Source of the DNA: a virus
Lineage: Duplodnaviria > Caudoviricetes
Strand: one strand, 5' to 3'
Virus record (IMG/VR): IMGVR_UViG_3300005326_000040
Coordinates: 1 to 64,000 of that record
DNA: 64,000 nucleotides
Below are positions 26,812-33,459 of the stretch, piece after piece (the stretch's first letter is position 1; every line of letters begins with the position of its first letter). Made by a program: the position numbers and the translations under genes. Below the pieces are notes generated by a model, which was given only the letters and a program-made list of their open reading frames with translations, was not told the DNA's origin and searched no databases.

Positions 26812-27138
26812 ATGATCACTTTCTATTTCGCAATTACAAACTTTATGCTGGAAAAGAATGGTTTGAGCTATTCTGTAGAAAACAAAAACTATGGGCTGTA
26901 TGATATCTATTGGAATACGATTTGTTCCTCTACGTTAGCTAGCACACCTGGGAAGGTGGTTGATGCTGCCCAAGATTACAAAGAGCCTATCGCAATTTGC
27001 AAAGCTGTCGTTGAAAATGATATTGCTATCGATTTTATGCAGGCTGGGCTAAGCGAAGATAAGGACCCTAATAAACACTTTTTAGCTACTGTCGTGGAAA
27101 TGATGTGGCTAACTAAAAGTAAAGTGTCGGGCGCATAG
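26812..27138 (+). CDS. Hypothetical protein
   Basis: ORF track. Confidence 0.55.
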   Translation: MITFYFAITNFMLEKNGLSYSVENKNYGLYDIYWNTICSSTLASTPGKVVDAAQDYKEPIAICKAVVENDIAIDFMQAGLSEDKDPNKHFLATVVEMMWLTKSKVSGA

Positions 27139-27194
27139 GCTTGCATTTGGTTAGAGGGTGGACCTATTGAAGCCCTCTTGAAAAGGAAAACATC

Positions 27195-27395
27195 ATGATT
27201 CCAAAGACACAAAAAGGACACGATCAGGAATGGGGAATTCTTACGGAAGAGGCGATGAATATTATTCGGGATCCTAAGAGGCGCTTTACTGAAGAGGGTC
27301 GCGCAGCGATGCAATTGTATGACATTTGCATTAAGAGGGAATTAAATAACAATTTGGTGAGAATTTATAGCGAACTTCAAAAAAAACTTCATTGA
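27195..27395 (+). CDS. Hypothetical protein
   Basis: ORF track; RBS AAGGA. Confidence 0.55.
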   Translation: MIPKTQKGHDQEWGILTEEAMNIIRDPKRRFTEEGRAAMQLYDICIKRELNNNLVRIYSELQKKLH

Positions 27396-27465
27396 TGTAG
27401 CAATAGTCTGATATATACTAACCAACAAAGGCAATATGACTGCTCTATTTACACAGGAGGTTATC

Positions 27466-27570
27466 ATGGCGACAAAACAGACCGCGCAGGTTTGTTTAGC
27501 CGTCGTGGATAATTCCAAGCGTAATGGCGTCTATTGCTGCTGTCCAAGTCGTCTCCCCGCAAGGGTCTAA
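27466..27570 (+). CDS. Candidate 34-aa leader peptide (MATKQTAQVCLAVVDNSKRNGVYCCCPSRLPARV) within the structured tRNA-cluster leader
   Basis: Strong RBS CAGGAGG 5 nt before ATG; overlaps hairpins at 27475-27497 and 27548-27599. Confidence 0.4.
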   Translation: MATKQTAQVCLAVVDNSKRNGVYCCCPSRLPARV

Positions 27571-27598
27571 AATAAAACGTATTTACGTAAGTAGACGA

Positions 27599-27674
27599 CA
27601 GGACATAGCTCAATTGGTAGAGCACTCCGTTTGGGGCGGAGAGGTTGGGGGATCATCACCCTTTGTCCTGACCA
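27599..27674 (+). tRNA. tRNA-Pro (anticodon TGG) with CCA; atypical T-loop ATCATCA
   Basis: Acceptor CAGGACA/TGTCCTG + A + CCA; anticodon stem CTCCG/CGGAG with loop TTTGGGG. Confidence 0.85.
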
Positions 27675-27691
27675 ATAGAGAAAAGCAATAG

Positions 27692-27729
27692 GCGCCATAA
27701 GCAAACAAGCTTGTGGCGTTTTTGTTTTT
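27692..27729 (+). terminator. Terminator-like hairpin plus U-tract between tRNA-Pro and tRNA-Asp
   Basis: GCGCCATAAGC-AAACAA-GCTTGTGGCGT followed by TTTTGTTTTT. Confidence 0.5.
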
Positions 27730-27804
27730 GGGACCGTAGCACAATGATAGTGCAGCAGATTGTCGATCTGTATTATGCGAGTTTGAGCCTCGTCGGTCCC
27801 GCCA
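27730..27804 (+). tRNA. tRNA-Asp (anticodon GTC) with CCA; T-loop TTTGAGC
   Basis: Acceptor GGGACCG/CGGTCCC + G + CCA; anticodon stem GCAGA/TCTGT with loop TTGTCGA. Confidence 0.9.
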
Positions 27805-27962
27805 TTGAAAATTTGGGTTGGTAGCTCAGTGGTAGAGCAGCTGATTGTAGAAGGCGTTGAACAGAATAGTGTTGCAACTCGGTTCAAAGCTGGAGCCTTC
27901 GCGGTTAATCAGCCTCGCGCAAGTTCGATCCTTGCCCTTCCCTCCAATTGAAAATTTGGGTT
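27804..27962 (+). repeat. 16-nt direct repeat ATTGAAAATTTGGGTT at 27804-27819 and 27947-27962 (inter-tRNA spacer plus tRNA start)
   Basis: Exact match read from the sequence. Confidence 0.85.
27815..27946 (+). tRNA. tRNA-like gene with 57-nt insertion in the anticodon loop (mature form Tyr-GTA or Asn-GTT)
   Basis: GGGTTGG-TA-GCTC-AGTGGTA-GAGC-A-GCTGA-TTGTA[GAAGGC...GCCTTC]GCGGTTAA-TCAGC-CTCGC-GCAAG-TTCGATC-CTTGC-CCTTCCC-T-CCA; two U-U mismatches in the acceptor stem. Confidence 0.75.
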
Positions 27963-28032
27963 CGTAGCTCAATTGGCTCAGAGCGCTCGGCTCTTAACCG
28001 AGAGGTTGCGGAATCGTTCTCCGCCGGACTCA
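27958..28032 (+). tRNA. tRNA-Lys (anticodon CTT), no CCA; atypical T-loop ATCGTTC
   Basis: Acceptor GGGTTCG/CGGACTC + A; anticodon stem CTCGG/CCGAG with loop CTCTTAA. Confidence 0.85.
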
Positions 28033-28045
28033 CTAAGAAAAACTT

Positions 28046-28120
28046 GGGGCTGAAGCTCAAAGGAATGAGCAGTTGGCATTAAGCCAACATAGGTTGCGAG
28101 TTCGAATCTCGTCGGCTCCG
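28046..28120 (+). tRNA. tRNA-like gene with TTA anticodon (ochre suppressor-like or degenerate)
   Basis: Acceptor GGGGCTG/CGGCTCC + G; D stem GCTC/GAGC; anticodon stem GTTGG/CCAAC with loop CATTAAG; T arm GCGAG-TTCGAAT-CTCGT. Confidence 0.7.
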
Positions 28121-28149
28121 CAAATATCTAGCATGTTATATATTCCCGC

Positions 28150-29007
28150 ATGCAAACAGAATCCGACAGCCAATCATTAAAAGAAGCATTTGAAAAGTTA
28201 AAAGGTTACGCTGAAGTTATTAATGAAAATGATCTCAAAAAGCAAGATCTATTTCAAACTTTATCTCAGAATATTTCTGAAACCAATAAATTTTACGAGC
28301 AAGCTTCTAATTCTATTCGTCGCAGAGTAGATCATGATAGTTTTTTACGAAAAGCGCTGGTTGTTGACCCTTTGCCTCCATTGGCGAAAGCTGAGTATAT
28401 GGCAGAGGAATATAAACGAAAGATAAGTGTTCCGACATTGTATCAACGTTTTTGTGTAAAAAACACAAATGAAGACGCTAGTTTTTATAATAGAGCAGAT
28501 AGATTGGTGCAAAAGGCGATACAGAAAATAATAAAATCTGAGACGCAAATTTTACTCTACTTATTTGCAGTTTGTACAAATAATCGACTCATCATAGATT
28601 GTCGTAATGAATCGCATTCGATCAAAGTTGCTATACAAAAAATGAGAGAAGCTATCTATAATGCTGGTTTGCAATTTGATTTACCTAAAGATCACTCTAT
28701 TGCAATAAGTCATTTTTTCATAAATTTTCTTGATTTTGCCGAGCTAACTAAAGATGTAGCAACAAACAAAGAAAAGCAAGAGTATATGGATTACAACAGG
28801 ATTTGTAATTGTTCTTTTAACGCTAGTCAACTTGTTCCACGGGGAAGAATCTATGGTATTCCTGACCCAGAATATTTAGGAGTTATGCCTATTGTTCAAG
28901 ATATAACTGTTACTAAAATAGATTCAGAATTTATGTTCTTAGAGGGGGCTTATGAACATGGATATGGTATTATTATACCTGAATTTGTTTTTGCAGCCGA
29001 TATTTGA
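28150..29007 (+). CDS. Divergent major capsid protein (HK97-fold) paralogue
   Basis: SNSIRRRVDHDSFLRKALVVDPLP and LVPRGRIYGIPDPEYLGVMPIVQDI match, from memory, conserved N- and C-terminal blocks of a huge-phage MCP family (ANPIRRNLDYQG.ARKALVVDPLP ... ADPEYVGVMPIRQDI). Confidence 0.65.
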   Translation: MQTESDSQSLKEAFEKLKGYAEVINENDLKKQDLFQTLSQNISETNKFYEQASNSIRRRVDHDSFLRKALVVDPLPPLAKAEYMAEEYKRKISVPTLYQRFCVKNTNEDASFYNRADRLVQKAIQKIIKSETQILLYLFAVCTNNRLIIDCRNESHSIKVAIQKMREAIYNAGLQFDLPKDHSIAISHFFINFLDFAELTKDVATNKEKQEYMDYNRICNCSFNASQLVPRGRIYGIPDPEYLGVMPIVQDITVTKIDSEFMFLEGAYEHGYGIIIPEFVFAADI

Positions 29008-29038
29008 TAGAGCTTTTTCTGTGAGATATATTCTTCCT

Positions 29039-29233
29039 ATGAAGACCTGGAAGCAAGCAAGTATAGAAGCTGAACTTACAGCCATCAGCAAGTTAGACCC
29101 TAATATTTTCGATGAGGATCCTTTACCTGACCACCCTTATCGAGATAACCCCAATACAGTTAGTGTTGTTGAGATACGTACGAACGTGACTTGTTTTGAT
29201 AAGCTTAAGACATTCTTGCGGTCGATTTTTTAA
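29039..29233 (+). CDS. Small hypothetical protein (MKTWKQASIE...)
   Basis: ORF track 28952-29233; ATG 29039 follows GATATATT. Confidence 0.5.
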   Translation: MKTWKQASIEAELTAISKLDPNIFDEDPLPDHPYRDNPNTVSVVEIRTNVTCFDKLKTFLRSIF

Positions 29234-29262
29234 GATAGCAATACATTTGCATATTTTTTGTT

Positions 29263-29730
29263 ATGACCATAGACAAAAGCGCGACATTATTTGGCAGCCA
29301 AGCATTTAAATATAGAAAACTAGTTGTTCAATGGGATCCAACTGAAACCGGCGAAACCCTTGCTTGGCAAAGAGCGGAAGCTTGGAAAGCTGACGGATTT
29401 AAAGAAGGTGACGTTAGCGCTAATTTTGCCAAAAAGGAAAACCTTATAAGAAAAGCTTATGATGAATACTATCCTGAAGGCAAGGAATCTTTTGAAGAGG
29501 CTTATAAGAATACACTTGAGAAGGCAATGAAGGAAGTATCTGTAGACCATTTTTCTACATTGCGTACAAGCAAAAACAGACCCGGTGAACCGTTCGAGAA
29601 AGTAACTCTTGAGCAAGGGGAACCGCTAGCTCCTATTGAGGAACTTGAGACATCATCTAGACCGTATCCTGGTCTTAGTAGAGCCTGCACCATTTTTGAA
29701 AAATTGGTGAAAGCTGCAACTGCTAAGTAG
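29263..29730 (+). CDS. Hypothetical protein
   Basis: ORF track. Confidence 0.6.
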   Translation: MTIDKSATLFGSQAFKYRKLVVQWDPTETGETLAWQRAEAWKADGFKEGDVSANFAKKENLIRKAYDEYYPEGKESFEEAYKNTLEKAMKEVSVDHFSTLRTSKNRPGEPFEKVTLEQGEPLAPIEELETSSRPYPGLSRACTIFEKLVKAATAK

Positions 29731-29908
29731 AACCTAAGTCCGGCATATCAAATTCATTATTATGATCGAAGCCGGGGCAATTACAATTGTCTTGCCAGCA
29801 TGGAACGTAGTTACTTACATTGTGTTGAGCACATGCATGACCACAGTGTGAGCATTCTTCTTGACAGTCGTCAAACCAATTTCCATGTTCGCATTTGCCA
29901 TCTTTCAT
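29723..29908 (-). CDS. Small Cys/His-rich protein
   Basis: ORF track; eight Cys; GATATATAA upstream on the minus strand. Confidence 0.55.
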   Translation of the reverse strand: MKDGKCEHGNWFDDCQEECSHCGHACAQHNVSNYVPCWQDNCNCPGFDHNNEFDMPDLGST

Positions 29909-29975
29909 CTTATATCACTTTACATCCCATTACATAATCTGGCGCGATAATCTATAGGCGAGTTATATATCTAGT

Positions 29976-30293
29976 ATGGCCACACGACTAAATCAAAACA
30001 TTATCGATGATCTTCGTTGTATGAGAGGGTTGGAAATAACTGAGGAAGAGCAAGCTGGTTTTTAGAAGGAACCTAGAAAGACTTGGCCTCAAAGAATAGA
30101 AAGCGCTGTGATTGATCAATGCGAAACAGAGTTTTATGAAACGATGTATGATCAAGATGGGCACCCGGTAAATGTACTTAAGCAGTATATTTCGAAAAAC
30201 AGTAAATCAGGTGATTTTACTACGTACGATACAAGTCATGGTCACTGTGGTTTATGTGGTAGTTTAAGTTGTAATGGACAGTGTTTTAGGTGA
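29976..30293 (+). pseudogene. Small gene interrupted by in-frame TAG at 30063-30065 (pseudogene, recoding site or sequence error)
   Basis: The frame from ATG 29976 stops at TTT-TAG and then continues in frame into the ORF-track segment 30108-30293 ending HGHCGLCGSLSCNGQCFR. Confidence 0.4.
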
Positions 30294-30354
30294 TCTCTAA
30301 ATAATTTTGGAACAACTCTAAACTTTTGTTGTCTTAATATTCCAGGAGGATATT

Positions 30355-31686
30355 ATGGACAACAAGTATGTTATGATAAAGTCAGCACCCGCACCATTAT
30401 CAGAAGAGGTTGAAACCAATAAAATTGAAACTGAGCTAACCATTCTATGGGGCGAAAGTGTTCTATTTTCAGGGACAGTCAACAAACCATTTTCTATTGG
30501 TGAAGAAAACTGTAATTTCACTGTGCCTGGAATTAATGTCTTGGTGAAAGATGGCGTTCTTTTTGGACCTCAAGCCATTTCTCTTACAGAAGAATTCTCT
30601 ACTGTTACTTTTGGTGACATTACAATCAAGGCTAGGCTTGTACGGGCTGGAAGAGTTTATCCTACGTCAATACTGTCTGGTTGGTCACATACAGCGTACG
30701 TAGGATTATCTGGGACGATACACGTAGCCTTACTGTTTCTATTTGCTTTCTTTATGCCGCCGCTAGGCATTAGTGATGCTGAAGCTTCTACAAAAGATCA
30801 GCTTTTCCTAATGCAACAATATCTAAACGCTTCGGCTGAAAGAGAACAAGAAGCAAAAGAAGATGCCGAAACAGCCGAGGACTCAAAAGACAATCAAGAA
30901 GGTGGAACAGGACAAAGAGCGGTTGGGGAAGAAGGAACTATGGGTAATCCTAATTCTCCTGCAAGAAACAATAGGTATAGTATTGCTGGGCCAAAAGACA
31001 ATAAAGACATTCATATTTCTAGAGAGGCGGCTTTGAGAGAAGCATCAAGCTTTGGAATGATTGGTATTTTGAATGTGGGAAGCGGAGGAGACCCCAATGC
31101 TCCCACAGCAATTTGGGGACGAGACGAAGCTCTTGGTGCAGATTCTTTTAGCTACCGAGGGAATATGTGGGGAACTGATATTGGAGAATCTTTTGGTTCA
31201 AATGGATTGGGTTTATCAGGAATAGGAGAAAGTGGTGGCGGTAAAGGAGAAGGCATTGGTGTTGGTTCCGTAGGAACAATTGGTCATGGCGCAGGGCTAG
31301 GAGATAAACAAGGCTTTGGAAATGGTCATGGTTTGTTGAAAAGCGGACATAAAGTAAAGGATATTAAGGTTCGCCTTGGAACAACAACGGTTACAGGAAG
31401 ACTTCCACCAGAAGTTGTGCAACGCATTGTTCGTCAAAATTATGGCCGATTCCGCGTGTGCTACGAGTCAGGCTTACGTTCTAATCCAAGCCTTCAAGGA
31501 AGAGTTGCTGTTCGATTTGTAATTGGAAGAGATGGCGGAGTATCAAACGTGGCTAATGGTGGCTCAGACTTGCCGGACCAAAATGTAACCCAATGTGTTA
31601 TTAGAGCTTTTTATGGATTGAGTTTCCCCGAGCCTGAGGGTGGGATCGTTACGGTACTATATCCTATAATTTTTTCACCGAATTGA
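30355..31686 (+). CDS. Myxobacterial AgmX/PglI(GltG)-type TonB-C-terminal domain membrane protein
   Basis: Single TM (GTIHVALLFLFAFFMPPLG), acidic then Gly-rich linker, C-terminal GRLPPEVVQRIVRQNYGRFRVCYESGLRSNPSLQGRVAVRFVIGRDG...CVIRAFYGLSFPEPEGGIVTVLYPIIFSP; RBS AGGAGG. Confidence 0.85.
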   Translation: MDNKYVMIKSAPAPLSEEVETNKIETELTILWGESVLFSGTVNKPFSIGEENCNFTVPGINVLVKDGVLFGPQAISLTEEFSTVTFGDITIKARLVRAGRVYPTSILSGWSHTAYVGLSGTIHVALLFLFAFFMPPLGISDAEASTKDQLFLMQQYLNASAEREQEAKEDAETAEDSKDNQEGGTGQRAVGEEGTMGNPNSPARNNRYSIAGPKDNKDIHISREAALREASSFGMIGILNVGSGGDPNAPTAIWGRDEALGADSFSYRGNMWGTDIGESFGSNGLGLSGIGESGGGKGEGIGVGSVGTIGHGAGLGDKQGFGNGHGLLKSGHKVKDIKVRLGTTTVTGRLPPEVVQRIVRQNYGRFRVCYESGLRSNPSLQGRVAVRFVIGRDGGVSNVANGGSDLPDQNVTQCVIRAFYGLSFPEPEGGIVTVLYPIIFSPN

Positions 31687-31711
31687 TTTATCATTTTTGC
31701 CATATAATAGT

Positions 31712-33289
31712 ATGGCTAAACCAAAAGGTATATTTACCTCTAAATATTCACAATTTAAATATGGCGTCGGTCTTGGTGTTGAACAATTCGTCGTCTCTGA
31801 TTTAGAGTCATTGGTAAGTCTAAATGATAAGGGATTTGCGCCAGATTGGGTCATTCGAGTAACAACTCTTCGTGCAAGTTTTAGATTGGTTTTAGGCAGT
31901 CAGCTTACTGCTGATGGAATTACCGTTATCAATTCAAATTCAGGAAGAGGACAATGGATTCGAGATTTGACTGCGGCTGATACTTATTGGCATAAACAGC
32001 CAGCGTGGTATATTGATGCGGTAAATGGAAATGATGAGAATGCTGGAATAACTCAATCTAGCCCTTTGAAAACTTTTGCTGAGTGGGCAAGAAGAATAGC
32101 AAATGTAGTTAAGACGGCAACGACTGTTAATGTTTTGTCTTCGATTCCTGAGAGCGATCCGTTTCCAAGTTCTCTTTGTTTAGAAAAAAATCTTACAGTT
32201 GCAGGAACTTTAATTGAAACATCTTCTGGAACTTTTACAAGTGTTACTCCGCTTTCAACCGCAACGAATGAAGAGATGAAGGTTGCTAAATCTTCAGGAA
32301 ATTGGACGACTGATGTTGATAAATTGTTATATGATGTAAATGTTGATGCTTGGGGATTTGTTACTAAAGACGTAGGATCTAATAGCGAAGCTTATGTTAC
32401 TCAATTTGCTCCATTAAGTGTTAGTTCTATGGGGAACGCATTAGCTACATTAGCTAACGGCCATGTATATAAACTGTATAACATTCAACACTCTATTTAT
32501 ATGGATAAAACGGTGTCGTGGTACGGCTCAGGAGATTTTATATTTGCTGATTTAATAGTTTATGGTGGAGAATATGTTCCAACGTATAAATATACGCGAT
32601 TTATGGATTGTTCGTGTTCTGTTAATTTTATACGTTGCGCTTTTGAAAGGTCCGCGCCATCAGTTGGAGTTTTCTTTACTATAACAGATTCAAATATTGG
32701 TTTTCATTGCTGTAGAATTGGATCTGTTGAATCGGGCGGAGTAACAGTTCAAACATCAATATGTGGCGGATATATGAATCTAGACGTGGTGTTTTTATCA
32801 GGAACCACAGAAGAAAATTCTTCATTAAATGCCTATGGTTTTGGTGGAGGAGTTAGTATTGCGTATGGAGGACTTACAGCAAGATATTCTTCGATGCGTT
32901 GGTGGGATATGCCTGTTATAGATTTTTACGGTCCGATATGTATGTTCAATTCACCATATCATGGGTTAGAAATTGGAAACTCTGCTGTGCGAATACAGGG
33001 TGGTTACGGTAATTCAGCAGGCAAATTCATAGGAAAAGATATTGCACAATATGGTTTGTATGTGTGGCGAAGCAGAATTACTGGCGCTTCTGCAACTAAT
33101 TGCTATGTGACAGGCACAACTGGCGACATATTGATTGGTGGGAAAACACAACTTATGCCAGAAATTGATGCCTCGGCTGGAGCAGTTCTTCCGGCAGCAG
33201 CACCTTGTACTACTTGGGCACAATTTGCAGCCGCACCGTTCAGCGGCAAACTAATTGATTATACTAGCGCAACCTATTTTGGTCCATAA
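31712..33289 (+). CDS. Tail fibre/spike-like beta-rich protein, paralogue A
   Basis: WYIDAVNGNDENAG...PLKTFAEWARR head motif, Gly/Ser/Thr-rich body; N- and C-termini homologous to 33337-34863. ATG 31712 is in frame with the track start 31697. Confidence 0.6.
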   Translation: MAKPKGIFTSKYSQFKYGVGLGVEQFVVSDLESLVSLNDKGFAPDWVIRVTTLRASFRLVLGSQLTADGITVINSNSGRGQWIRDLTAADTYWHKQPAWYIDAVNGNDENAGITQSSPLKTFAEWARRIANVVKTATTVNVLSSIPESDPFPSSLCLEKNLTVAGTLIETSSGTFTSVTPLSTATNEEMKVAKSSGNWTTDVDKLLYDVNVDAWGFVTKDVGSNSEAYVTQFAPLSVSSMGNALATLANGHVYKLYNIQHSIYMDKTVSWYGSGDFIFADLIVYGGEYVPTYKYTRFMDCSCSVNFIRCAFERSAPSVGVFFTITDSNIGFHCCRIGSVESGGVTVQTSICGGYMNLDVVFLSGTTEENSSLNAYGFGGGVSIAYGGLTARYSSMRWWDMPVIDFYGPICMFNSPYHGLEIGNSAVRIQGGYGNSAGKFIGKDIAQYGLYVWRSRITGASATNCYVTGTTGDILIGGKTQLMPEIDASAGAVLPAAAPCTTWAQFAAAPFSGKLIDYTSATYFGP

Positions 33290-33459
33290 TCGGTTGATAA
33301 TGGATTAAGTTTTCGAGAGCCTAGCATATAGGTTCATCAAGAAGATATTGCCGGGCCAGCGTAAGCGCCATTCGCGTGGTTGAAGGCTTTGCCGTTGAAA
33401 GGCGCCGCAGCGATCTGCGCGAACGTTGTGCAGGGTGCAAGAGCCGGAAGAACTGCTCC
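33179..33459. repeat. Imperfect inverted repeat between the 3' ends of the two fibre genes; exact 17-nt core GGAGCAGTTCTTCCGGC (33179-33195 / 33443-33459)
   Basis: Reverse complement of 33443-33459 equals 33179-33195. Confidence 0.8.

Noticed and set aside
27850-27907. Group I intron or canonical bulge-helix-bulge intron in the tRNA
   Set aside because: 57 nt is too short for a group I core. Pairing of positions 32-35 with the insert gives 1-nt and 4-nt bulges, not 3-4-3.
30355-31686. Host chromosomal contamination explaining the myxobacterial gene
   Set aside because: The gene has the same AT-rich codon style as the phage neighbours and no other host genes flank it. Read-level confirmation is still advisable.
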